Positions 19,623 to 28,564 are shown, numbered from the stretch's first letter. The stretch: DNA of 64,000 nucleotides from a virus (IMGVR_UViG_3300027749_000096:8006-72005), one strand, 5' to 3'. Notes: generated by a model from the sequence alone, not told the origin. Made by a program: numbers and translations.

Positions 19623-19854
19623 TATTTACTATTTGAGGTTGTCTTAAAAAATCTCTATTTGAACTCTTCCCCATTTTTCTAAGAAGAGAATGTCCTCTTA
19701 GTTCATGATCATGCACCCATGTAACAATTCCTTTATGCTGATGTAGTTCTGTAAGATAACACTTATGTGCATTATTCTCTGGTGTAAGAAGTCCATCATC
19801 AAAACTATTAAGAAGGTCTTCTAATAATTTAATTTCATTATTCTCCATATTCAA
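19573..19854 (-). CDS. hypothetical protein
   Basis: ORF overlapping both neighbours. Confidence 0.5.
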   Translation of the reverse strand: MNMENNEIKLLEDLLNSFDDGLLTPENNAHKCYLTELHQHKGIVTWVHDHELRGHSLLRKMGKSSNRDFLRQPQIVNNDNPVKPNAPHKKNIR

Positions 19855-20488
19855 AGTTTAAAATTTTTCCCACTAAGTCACTTCTGTGATTGTGCTTAAG
19901 TTTAACCCATTCAATGCCTTCAATCTTTTTACTAAGTTCTATAGCATAAGATAACCCATTAAAAGGATCTTTAATATCTGTTTGTTCATTATCTCCATTG
20001 ATAATTATCTTACCATGTTTTCCAAGCCTAGTTAGAATAGCTAACATCTCAGCTTTAGAAAGGTTTTGGGCTTCCTCTACAATAAGAACATCATCAATAG
20101 TTTTACCTCTGATAAATTGTACAGGAAGAGCATTAACTTTTTTACTAGATATGATTTCATCTATCCTCACCTTATCATAACACTTAATTAAGTTCTCTTG
20201 GAAAGCTTCTAAATAAGGATCAAACTTTTCATTTAAACTTCCTGGTAGAAAACCTAATGAATGACCCACTTCTACAGCAGCTCTAGTAACTAAGATTTGT
20301 TCATATTGTTTTTTAAATAAAAAATCTAAAGCTGTTACAGCTGACACTAAACTTTTACCACATCCTGCTCTACCTGTAATAATAACTATTTGATTATCAA
20401 TGATTAATCTTTTAGTATCTTTCTGTTCTTCATTGAGTGATATTTTATATTTAATTTCACCCTTTAAAACTTTCTTTTCTTTTTCCAT
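19838..20488 (-). CDS. phoH: PhoH-family ATPase
   Basis: GRAGCGKS, LGFLPG, FIRGKT, EEAQN, LTRLG, GDNEQTD, HRS. Confidence 0.9.
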   Translation of the reverse strand: MEKEKKVLKGEIKYKISLNEEQKDTKRLIIDNQIVIITGRAGCGKSLVSAVTALDFLFKKQYEQILVTRAAVEVGHSLGFLPGSLNEKFDPYLEAFQENLIKCYDKVRIDEIISSKKVNALPVQFIRGKTIDDVLIVEEAQNLSKAEMLAILTRLGKHGKIIINGDNEQTDIKDPFNGLSYAIELSKKIEGIEWVKLKHNHRSDLVGKILNFEYGE

Positions 20489-21318
20489 TAAGATTTAACT
20501 TTTAGATTATGTTTATTATCTTCCAACCAATGTATAATATCAATAGTTTCTTTCTTTAAATAAGGCAAATCATATTGCACTACTTCAGTGACAATAGGAT
20601 TACCATCAGTATCAAGAGCAGATATAGGGTTGTCAAACCTATCCCGTCCTGCCTCTTCAAACATGATGTGATGAATTGTAATGGTACCTGCAGTAAGCTT
20701 AGGATTATGTTTAAGAATAATAAACATATACATACTAAGCTGAATAGCATAATGATTAAGATTACAATCATCAAGATGATTGAGAGGAGAAGACATTTTT
20801 TGAGAAACACCTTCCCAATTAGTAAATCCTTCAAGTTTAATTTCTTTATTAGTTTTATAATCTGTTATATGTACCACCCCATTAATAACTTCCACTAAAT
20901 CAGATTGACCACAGATGCCAGCAGATTTTAAATACACCATGTGTTCAGGGTAGACACCATTACCTATTTTTTGATTAGGTGAATATTTAATTCCTTCTTT
21001 CTCTATAGGTTTAAAAATAGGAACAGTGGTTCCATATCTTTCCATGTTCTCTAATCCACATATATCAGCTTCACGTTGGTTGTGATACCAAGTACCTAAA
21101 GTTGTAGCTCTATTAGCTTCAGACTTCCAAGCTTCTTTAATTTCTGCAGGGGTCATCCCATACCATTTACTCTTTTTACTTTTAGCCACTTTAGCAGCTA
21201 TTTTTTCTGCATCAAATGGTTGTTTAAAGTTTGATATTAAACTAGTTACACTTAACCAATTAGTATCATCCCCACTTGTGTATTTGTGATTGTGTGCTGT
21301 AAATTGTAATATACTCAT
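20488..21318 (-). CDS. PD-(D/E)XK exonuclease
   Basis: SVT, GTWYH, E-H-M-V, GQSD, DYKT, YAIQLSMY. Confidence 0.8.
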   Translation of the reverse strand: MSILQFTAHNHKYTSGDDTNWLSVTSLISNFKQPFDAEKIAAKVAKSKKSKWYGMTPAEIKEAWKSEANRATTLGTWYHNQREADICGLENMERYGTTVPIFKPIEKEGIKYSPNQKIGNGVYPEHMVYLKSAGICGQSDLVEVINGVVHITDYKTNKEIKLEGFTNWEGVSQKMSSPLNHLDDCNLNHYAIQLSMYMFIILKHNPKLTAGTITIHHIMFEEAGRDRFDNPISALDTDGNPIVTEVVQYDLPYLKKETIDIIHWLEDNKHNLKVKS

Positions 21319-21650
21319 AATGCTAATTTTAAATTTAGTTGGTCTTCCTCTTGTTGAGAAAGTTCAGCATCCCAATAGTTATTAGGACAAGCAGAACTAA
21401 GACTTCTTGTTTTAAATGATAGTGAACATCCACATCCTCCTTTAAGTTGGTTGCAACATGGAGCAGTTCCTACCACCATACATCCATCCCCTGATTCATC
21501 ATATAAATCAGATGGGCATAATCTACAAATCCTCATTCTCTCTGCAGCTATTTCTTCTACGTCCTCACGTTTAAATACACTATTAGTAATACCCTCTATT
21601 ATCTGTCCTTTGTTTTTCCAAATAGATATTATATTATTTTTTAATGACAT
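21315..21650 (-). CDS. Cys-rich zinc-binding protein
   Basis: R-x2-IC-x2-C...C...CGC...CP-x3-W. Confidence 0.6.
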   Translation of the reverse strand: MSLKNNIISIWKNKGQIIEGITNSVFKREDVEEIAAERMRICRLCPSDLYDESGDGCMVVGTAPCCNQLKGGCGCSLSFKTRSLSSACPNNYWDAELSQQEEDQLNLKLAL

Positions 21651-22026
21651 TGGTACGTTTTTTATGTAATTTAATAAAATCTTTTCTCTGACCTTCTTCC
21701 TTCATAACTTCTTTAACAGCTTTTAAGTTTAATAAGTTTTCCACTGTTTTAAATCTAGCTGTCATTTGCTGCAATCCTTTTTGTTTATTAGACTCTTCCC
21801 ATTTTTCTAAAAACTTAATTTCTTCATCTAGCTTCCAATGCTTTACAACAAAATCTCCTAAATTAGAAATATGTATTCTAGAATGTTTCATACTACTAAG
21901 AGACTTTCTAACTTCTTGCCAGTAGTAGTTTATTACATCTTCTACAAGCTTATCAGGTATAGATAGTTCTTCAGCTACTACAGGAATATACTCTTTAGAT
22001 TTTTTAGGTCTCAGCAACGTATACAA
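21634..22026 (-). CDS. HU/IHF-like DNA-binding protein
   Basis: VAEELSIP..VEDVI...RIHISNLGDF. Confidence 0.6.
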   Translation of the reverse strand: MYTLLRPKKSKEYIPVVAEELSIPDKLVEDVINYYWQEVRKSLSSMKHSRIHISNLGDFVVKHWKLDEEIKFLEKWEESNKQKGLQQMTARFKTVENLLNLKAVKEVMKEEGQRKDFIKLHKKRTNVIKK

Positions 22027-22369
22027 ATTTAAAATTAAGAAGAATGTTTCCTACAGAACAAACCTTCATCTCTGGATTAATAAATATTTTTTTCTTATTC
22101 TTCCCTTCCTTTACAAGAAGGTTTTTCTTTTCCACCTTTCTAAGAGAGTTACGTACAGATTGAATAGAAGAAAATATATTCTTAGAAAAAGCTTTCTGAC
22201 AAAAACTAGAAAGTTCTTGATCTCCTTCTATAGCAAGATAGGTGAGACAGTTTAAATCTGCTTCACTAATTGATATTTTATTTATATAACAATGTGTAAG
22301 TATTTGGTACTGTACAATTTCCCATTTATTCAACTTTGCTTTCTTATCTATTTGATTTACAATAGCCAT
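22004..22369 (-). CDS. winged-helix-like protein
   Basis: QSVRNSLRKVEKKNLLVK. Confidence 0.4.
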   Translation of the reverse strand: MAIVNQIDKKAKLNKWEIVQYQILTHCYINKISISEADLNCLTYLAIEGDQELSSFCQKAFSKNIFSSIQSVRNSLRKVEKKNLLVKEGKNKKKIFINPEMKVCSVGNILLNFKFVYVAET

Positions 22370-22806
22370 TATAGTTCTAATTTAAAACTCATATAATCTT
22401 CTTTAGTGTTGTTCCAGTCTTTATATAAAAGAATAGGAACAGCTCCAAAGTTTTCAAATATTTTCCAGCTGGCTCCCTTACGGGCTTCCCCTATTAAATA
22501 TTTAAATTCAGAATTAGTCCCCCACTCTATAGCTAGTTTTATAAGGTCATGACCTATTCCTTTTCTCTGATGTGATGGAAGAACAGTGAAACTATCTACA
22601 TGTAGCACGTTGGTTGATTGCCACGATAGTAATACTTCTGCTATCAATTCAGAGTTTTCTTTAAGCCATATACCCTGGAAGTTTTTTTCCTCTTGTAACA
22701 TATACAGTTTATATCCAGTGTCCCATCTAAGTTCTTTAGGATGTTCCTTTTCAAACTTAATGGTTTCATTATAATCCTTTAATTTATACAGGGGGGACAT
22801 ATTCAT
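22369..22806 (-). CDS. GNAT acetyltransferase
   Basis: VLPSHQRKGIGHDL motif A; FENFG. Confidence 0.8.
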   Translation of the reverse strand: MNMSPLYKLKDYNETIKFEKEHPKELRWDTGYKLYMLQEEKNFQGIWLKENSELIAEVLLSWQSTNVLHVDSFTVLPSHQRKGIGHDLIKLAIEWGTNSEFKYLIGEARKGASWKIFENFGAVPILLYKDWNNTKEDYMSFKLEL

Positions 22807-22808
22807 TC

Positions 22809-23198
22809 TTATACTTTTCTAAGTGTACGTTCTTTTTTTACTGGTTCTTCTTCTTTTGTTTCAACTGTTGATTCTGGTTCTTGTGTTCCTTGTCCAGGAA
22901 TTAACACCTCATCTCCTAGTTGTACACCAGCCTCTACTAAGTCTGGGTTATTATCCAAATCTTCTTGAGTGATGGTATGAGGAATAGCTCCTTCTGGTAC
23001 ATCACTAGACTGACGTTGAGGGTTGGTGATCTGAGCAATCATACTCAAAGCCTTAAGCTCCTCCATTCTTTGTACTGCTAACCTAGTGTTAAGTTCTTGT
23101 AATTCAACTTGAACTTTCTTCACTTCAATTTGTTCAGATAGAAATTTAATAACTTCTTCTTTAGTTGGAGCTTGTTGCTCTGTCTGTTCTTTTTTCAT
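22809..23198 (-). CDS. hypothetical protein
   Basis: 129-aa ORF. Confidence 0.55.
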   Translation of the reverse strand: MKKEQTEQQAPTKEEVIKFLSEQIEVKKVQVELQELNTRLAVQRMEELKALSMIAQITNPQRQSSDVPEGAIPHTITQEDLDNNPDLVEAGVQLGDEVLIPGQGTQEPESTVETKEEEPVKKERTLRKV

Positions 23199-23204
23199 TG
23201 TTTT

Positions 23205-23462
23205 TTATTTAAGTGTTAATACTTTTACTACATTCATTTGAGCATTAAGAATTTCTCCTATAGTATGACTATACAATTGATTTCTTAATTGAACTGTATT
23301 TATATTATGTCCATCATATGCATCAAATTGTTTCCAATGTTCATTTAATAAATCAGCAAGTTCTGCACACAGCTCTTTAGCTCTATTTACTTTAGGATCT
23401 CCACTAGGATTAAATGTTAGCCCTACTAATTTTTCTCCAAATGTCATTTCTCTTGTTTCCAT
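23205..23462 (-). CDS. Acb2/Tad1-like helical-hairpin protein (putative signalling-nucleotide sponge)
   Basis: FNPSGD..V...KEL.AEL.D...AQMNVVK helical-hairpin pattern. Confidence 0.5.
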   Translation of the reverse strand: METREMTFGEKLVGLTFNPSGDPKVNRAKELCAELADLLNEHWKQFDAYDGHNINTVQLRNQLYSHTIGEILNAQMNVVKVLTLK

Positions 23463-23477
23463 TATTTTATTTTTTAA

Positions 23478-23780
23478 TTATAAATCTAAATCATTATCTG
23501 AGCCTGGGATATCCTCATCTTCTGTATCATAATAAAATTCTTTATACTTCTTAAAGAACTCTTTATAAGGAGTGTCTATAATATATGTATCCCCTCCCTT
23601 AGTATATATAGATGTACACCCATATGCAAGAGCTCCCTCTTCATCTGATGTAAGTTTGGCTGCCTCAATACAATCCATATCAAATATAAAAGGCATCCAT
23701 TTACCATTATCCTCTATACCAAGAGCCTCCAGCTTAGAGAGGTCTAAAGAAACACATTGTAAATTACATTCATGTAACAT
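23478..23780 (-). CDS. hypothetical protein
   Basis: 100-aa acidic ORF. Confidence 0.55.
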   Translation of the reverse strand: MLHECNLQCVSLDLSKLEALGIEDNGKWMPFIFDMDCIEAAKLTSDEEGALAYGCTSIYTKGGDTYIIDTPYKEFFKKYKEFYYDTEDEDIPGSDNDLDL

Positions 23781-23781
23781 A

Positions 23782-23985
23782 TTATATAGTTGTTTGTTGT
23801 TTAGGTGAAACTGAATACTTATTATAGTTTATATACTTACTCTTGTTATTCCCCTTAATAATACCAGCTACAATCATTCTTTCTGTTATTCCATCCCTTA
23901 CATCAATAACAGGAATTATTCTTTTCATCCCATCCCTGTTTATACTTTCTCTATAATGGGAATCTGTGTGTGGAGTCTTACTCAT
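23782..23985 (-). CDS. hypothetical protein, first gene of minus block
   Basis: ATG abuts promoter motif (possibly leaderless). Confidence 0.45.
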   Translation of the reverse strand: MSKTPHTDSHYRESINRDGMKRIIPVIDVRDGITERMIVAGIIKGNNKSKYINYNKYSVSPKQQTTI

Positions 23986-23998
23986 AATATAATATACT
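23985..23998 (-). promoter_or_regulatory. candidate late promoter motif
   Basis: AGTATATTATATTA at start of minus block. Confidence 0.5.
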
Positions 23999-24237
23999 TT
24001 AAATGTTTAAACTTAGCAAATTTATTATTCTAATTTATATACCCCTATATAAACTTATCCCCCCTTTATTCACATACATATTACACCCCCTCCCTCTTTT
24101 TTATATTAATTTTTTTTTGTAGAAAAAAGTTTGATGTTAGAGAATGGGATTACCTATTGGTCAAAACCCCCACTCCGTTTTGGTGGACAGGTGTGTCCCC
24201 CATAATTCATATTTATAAACGCATAAAACTTAACAAA

Positions 24238-24543
24238 ATGCAAAAAGAATTTAAAGCAGTAGTAGAAACAGTATCTGATGTAGTGAAAACTAAAAAGAAT
24301 GACAGCAGAAGTACATATAATGTATGTACAGTTAAATTTCTTAACGGTAGTCTACAAGGTAAAACTTACTTTGCACAACGTACTTTAACAAACAAAGACG
24401 GTGTAGAGAAGAAACCTGTTACCAAAGGACAAGAAGTACTTGTGTATTTATCACTTGTAGATAACAAACCGTTCTTTGAAATCAGTTCTGGTAGCAGTGA
24501 TGTAGACAGTGCTGATGACATTATGGCTGCACTTGGGTTATAG
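24238..24543 (+). CDS. small beta-rich (OB-fold-like) protein
   Basis: Likely start ATG 24238 (A-rich leader) within ORF 24157-24543; acidic tail. Confidence 0.5.
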   Translation: MQKEFKAVVETVSDVVKTKKNDSRSTYNVCTVKFLNGSLQGKTYFAQRTLTNKDGVEKKPVTKGQEVLVYLSLVDNKPFFEISSGSSDVDSADDIMAALGL

Positions 24544-24555
24544 AACCCAAACACA

Positions 24556-24590
24556 ACACACACATATTAAACAATATGTGTGTGTTTTTT
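24556..24590 (+). terminator. intrinsic terminator
   Basis: ACACACATATT/AATATGTGTGT stem + T tract. Confidence 0.7.
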
Positions 24591-24671
24591 AATTGACCTT
24601 ACAAGAGTCTACCAACAGATTCTACCTATACATATTTCTTTTATTTCTTAACACACTAAATTCATTTAACA

Positions 24672-24809
24672 ATGAAACAAATTAATCTCACAATCAGAGA
24701 ATGGTTCACCTTTAAAGAAATTGCTACCTTCATGTATGAGTTTACAGTTAATAAAGACTCTGTCATAATTAAGTGTGAAGCTCATTACTTAGAACCACTA
24801 GGTTACTAA
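24672..24809 (+). CDS. 45-aa hypothetical protein
   Basis: Hand-translated MKQINLTIREWFTFKEIATF...LEPLGY. Confidence 0.5.
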   Translation: MKQINLTIREWFTFKEIATFMYEFTVNKDSVIIKCEAHYLEPLGY

Positions 24810-25501
24810 ACAAATTAAGACCTGTATAATATACATATATAAACTCATATAGACATATTTATTTTATACAGGTCTTTGTTACTATTTTAGCCTAAAAAAG
24901 TTGTCTCCAGCCTGTGGACATACCTGACTTTACTATTGATAATCAATTAGTTGTGTGTGAGGGTGATGATGGGTGGAAACACCTCAATCTATTCTATTAA
25001 CACACAGAATGTGCTGAAAAAAACAAAAAATTTGTGGATGAGATGGCTATAACTCTTTAGAGATGAATAAACTCTTACAAACTTGTGGGGCTTCTATGTT
25101 ATTTATACATTAGTATTATCAGTACTACGTATATATTCAAACACTCTGATAAGGTGTTAATAACAAGATGGTGCAGACTTAAAAATCAAGTAGTGCTTAT
25201 ATATAGGGATAACAGATACCTATTTATATAGCTCTTTAAGGCAGTGATGTCACAATTCTGTAATGTTGTACAAACCACCTCAACATTTAGTCTATAGGTT
25301 TGTGGTAAACCTAACTAACAATATCTATTTATCTATAAGGATAAATTAGATGCTTCTGATGTTTAGATGTTAGACCGTCACTTCTTATATGGTTATAAGG
25401 AGATACATTAGCAGTTTATTATTATTTATGACACATTTAACGGGGCTGAGACCACAGCCCAAAGTCTTAACTCAAATCCTTTGTCTGTAGGATATATACA
25501 G

Positions 25502-25726
25502 ATGACAACAATTATGAAAAGTTTTAGAATTGAATGGGATACATTAAGAAATGGTCAATTCCCAACAGAACAAATGGAATCTTGTGGATTATCTGTATCT
25601 GTAACTAAGTTATCTGTATTTAAACAAGAGATAGAGTTAACTTCTACTACAGATGAAGATATTACACCATATTTAGCATTTGAAATAGGATGTTTAGTCA
25701 CTGCTAGTGTTTATTCTAATAGATAA
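25502..25726 (+). CDS. hypothetical protein
   Basis: ORF 25481-25726, ATG at 25502 more likely. Confidence 0.45.
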   Translation: MTTIMKSFRIEWDTLRNGQFPTEQMESCGLSVSVTKLSVFKQEIELTSTTDEDITPYLAFEIGCLVTASVYSNR

Positions 25727-25727
25727 A

Positions 25728-26111
25728 CTCCGTCTGATCAACGGGGGCTTAATTATAGTGGTTAAGCAGGAAAAGAGTTATGGGTAACAACCATAAATGT
25801 TGATTATGACTCAAACAAAAGGTGAAGACCATTCCTAGAGGGTAAAACTAATCCTATAAATCAACTGTAGGTATTCCCTGGAAGACTGGCTATTAAGGAA
25901 GCATAGTTAACACTCATATTGTCTGATGTATCAGAAGTGTTCTACCTTTTTACCAGTCTTTACGGAATAAAAGCAGTTGTAACAAATACTAGTTAGTAAG
26001 CATATAAACTGTGAAGGTTTATGTTGAAATAAGGCTGGAAGAGTGTTACCACAAAACTTGTAATTCAGAGGTCAAGAACCTGCTTACATGTTACAACTGA
26101 GTGCAGAGGGG
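25728..26111 (+). ncRNA. candidate large structured RNA, element A
   Basis: 11-bp CAGTTGTAACA/TGTTACAACTG stem; TATTCC..AAGACTGG/CCAGTCTT..GGAATA; several hairpins; no ORF. Confidence 0.55.
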
Positions 26112-26209
26112 AATAAAGTATTGTTGCTTTTTCTTTAACCAAGCAAACATCCAGTAAGTTACTGGCGTTGGGTCACCATAACAGACAAGTGACATTTTTT
26201 AAAAAACTT

Positions 26210-26386
26210 AATAACTTTGCAAGTTGTTGAGCACACCAGTTTCTTTGAGACCTTCTAAACAACTTTCTAAAATTATTTATATTACCTAGGAATCTGATAT
26301 AAATAAGGGTACAATCCATTAAGTAATGATATAGGTATATTGCCGAACTGTTTAGAAATAAAACTCAAAGTTTTAGGTGTAAAACA
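26210..26386 (+). ncRNA. candidate structured RNA, element C
   Basis: Nested ACACC/GGTGT, TTTGAG/CTCAAA, TTCTAAACA/TGTTTAGAA. Confidence 0.45.
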
Positions 26387-26431
26387 CAAACTCAAAAAGG
26401 ATATGTCTTCCTTATAATAGACAGGAATGTT

Positions 26432-26614
26432 ATGATTAGTTCAAAAATTGATTTAGATGAAATTGAACATTTAAAAATGGAACAATACATCAAAAGAATT
26501 GCAGAAATAAGAAGTGAAATAGAATTAACATATTCTAATCCCTCATTATCTGGTACAGCTAAAGATTTAGCTACAATTGCTGATCAAGAAGAAGAAATGA
26601 AGTATCAACAATAA
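26432..26614 (+). CDS. hypothetical protein
   Basis: 60-aa ORF. Confidence 0.45.
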   Translation: MISSKIDLDEIEHLKMEQYIKRIAEIRSEIELTYSNPSLSGTAKDLATIADQEEEMKYQQ

Positions 26615-26670
26615 CTATTTGAGTTTAGGGGGAGATGTGAAAACATTGAACCCTAAGCTTTAAACTAATT

Positions 26671-26853
26671 CCTTTTGCATATTCTTCTTGATTAATAAAG
26701 TCCTGTATTTAAATGGGATGCTGGAATACCAGATAATTAAAAGAAGACAGTTGTAATAGATGGCTTATAGCAAAGTAACCTAACCATTTCCTTTAGGAAA
26801 ATAAAAGTAGAGTAGGTCTAGACTTCCAATATTACAACTGTTTATGCAAAGGG
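26671..26853 (+). ncRNA. candidate structured RNA, element B (related to A)
   Basis: CCTTTTGCATA/TATGCAAAGGG closing stem and ACAGTTGTAATA/TATTACAACTGT stem. Confidence 0.55.
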
Positions 26854-26887
26854 TATAATATTTAATCAATTTTTAAAACAAAAAACA

Positions 26888-27223
26888 ATGAAAATAATTT
26901 ATGATAAGGATCTTTCTGGTAATCTAGCAGTATATATCCACTGTAAAACTGCTGGGGATTATTATGACATCAATAACAAAATGTATGTACACTCTGAATA
27001 TGATACAGAATGGGATCAATTAATGGCTAGATTAGTAGAATTAAAATACTTTAACCATTATGACAAACAAGAATTAAAAAGTGCTGGTAATGTTATTATA
27101 CTTCTTGAATTTATAAGCTGTTCTCAAAAAGATATGCTTATAAAAGAACTTAATGTTTATTTAGAAGGAATAAAAGACGGACATTGTATATATGAAGTTA
27201 AATTTAGAAATCTTGACAATTAA
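26888..27223 (+). CDS. hypothetical early protein
   Basis: ORF with A-rich leader. Confidence 0.6.
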   Translation: MKIIYDKDLSGNLAVYIHCKTAGDYYDINNKMYVHSEYDTEWDQLMARLVELKYFNHYDKQELKSAGNVIILLEFISCSQKDMLIKELNVYLEGIKDGHCIYEVKFRNLDN

Positions 27224-27236
27224 AAACAAAACAACA

Positions 27237-27464
27237 ATGAAATATTCAAACACAAGAATGTTTATAGAATACATTCTAATTGCATTTAGTACATATCTTA
27301 TTCTATCTTTGGTTATATCTATTATAGGGGGATTTAATTATAGAGAAGTATTATGCTCCACTAATCAAATCTGTGCTCTTATGTTTATTTATTGGTGGAT
27401 TCCACTACCTAGAATGATAGATATGGAAAATGAAAACAACAATTTTATAACAAAAACAAAATAA
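27237..27464 (+). CDS. small membrane protein (2 TM)
   Basis: Two hydrophobic segments; ATG 27237 has A-rich leader. Confidence 0.55.
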   Translation: MKYSNTRMFIEYILIAFSTYLILSLVISIIGGFNYREVLCSTNQICALMFIYWWIPLPRMIDMENENNNFITKTK

Positions 27465-27466
27465 AA

Positions 27467-27592
27467 ATGAAAAAAGAATTAACTCTAGGACAAATTTTCC
27501 TAATTATGTTATTAATTATTGGTATGTGTAGCTGTAGTAGAACAAGCTGCCCTTCACATGACAGTAAATACTTCTATCATAATAGAATGTAA
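27467..27592 (+). CDS. 41-aa lipoprotein-like peptide
   Basis: Hand-translated MKKELTLGQIFLIMLLIIGMCSCSRTSCPSHDSKYFYHNRM. Confidence 0.5.
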   Translation: MKKELTLGQIFLIMLLIIGMCSCSRTSCPSHDSKYFYHNRM

Positions 27593-27681
27593 TATGAACA
27601 GATTTATTCAATTTATTAGGCTAATTAAATACCTATTCACAAAATGACATTTAAATTCATTATACAAAAAATAAACAAACA

Positions 27682-28089
27682 ATGAACACTATAAGACAAT
27701 TAGCAATGCAATGGAGTAATAATTTACCACCAGCAAATAAAGATTATTTAATGTATATTTATTATAATATTAGTGGTAGAGATTTTTCTGATTTAACAGG
27801 TAGAGAAATAGAAAACATATTCTATAATGAGGTAATTCTAAAATGGTATGTTGATAAATTTGGTAAGATAGAATTTGATTATATTGAAGAAGAAATAGAA
27901 AACATCTACCTTAAAGAACATTCTAAAGAAGAACCTAAACAAGAAACTACTCTTGAAGATATTAAACTTGAAGTAGTTTTAGAAAGTTCACATTGTCAAT
28001 TTTCTGTGGTTGAAAATAAATTAGCAACAATATACAGAAATCAAGAAAAAATATTAACAGCTATTAAACTATTAAACAATGGAAAATAA
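27682..28089 (+). CDS. hypothetical protein
   Basis: 135-aa ORF, internal EIENI repeat. Confidence 0.55.
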   Translation: MNTIRQLAMQWSNNLPPANKDYLMYIYYNISGRDFSDLTGREIENIFYNEVILKWYVDKFGKIEFDYIEEEIENIYLKEHSKEEPKQETTLEDIKLEVVLESSHCQFSVVENKLATIYRNQEKILTAIKLLNNGK

Positions 28090-28294
28090 AGAAACACTTG
28101 AAGAAGCTGCTGAAAAGTATGCTGAACCATTTGACAATAGATTTTGGGTATCAGCAACATTTAAAGAAGGTGCTGAATGGCAAGCTGAAAGAATGTATAG
28201 TGAGGAAGATATGAAATCAGCATTTTTTAGTGGTGGTGATATGAGAGATATAGAAGAATTTAACTATTGGTTTAAACAATATAAAAAGAAATAA
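28079..28294 (+). CDS. hypothetical protein (ETLEEAAE...GAEWQAERMYSEED type)
   Basis: ORF. Confidence 0.6.
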   Translation: MENKETLEEAAEKYAEPFDNRFWVSATFKEGAEWQAERMYSEEDMKSAFFSGGDMRDIEEFNYWFKQYKKK

Positions 28295-28348
28295 AATTAT
28301 TTATAACAAACAACAAGAGAGACCCTCTTAAAACTGTATCAATGGAGA

Positions 28349-28564
28349 ATGAATCATTCAAAGAAGTTGTATAATGGCTTAGAAGCTGTTAAAACAAGAC
28401 GTAGAGCTGTTATTGAAAGACTGGACAGACAAATAGCTGCTGGCACTAAAATAGTGTCTAAAAAAGCCTCTAATGGAGTCAGACTGATTGCTGAAGAAGA
28501 ATTAACAGAATCTGATGTTAAACGTATTAAAAAAGAACTATCTGTTCTTAAGGAAAGAATCTAA
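28349..28564 (+). CDS. hypothetical protein
   Basis: ORF. Confidence 0.55.
   Translation: MNHSKKLYNGLEAVKTRRRAVIERLDRQIAAGTKIVSKKASNGVRLIAEEELTESDVKRIKKELSVLKERI

Noticed and set aside
24157-24237. 81-nt N-terminal extension of the first plus-strand ORF
   Set aside because: TTG start without a leader; ATG 24238 has the typical A-rich context
24556-24585. CA/TG microsatellite-like run
   Set aside because: It forms the stem of a terminator hairpin
24544-26880. tRNA genes or a CRISPR array in the non-coding region
   Set aside because: No cloverleaf with a TTC-RA T-loop seen; no regularly spaced direct repeats
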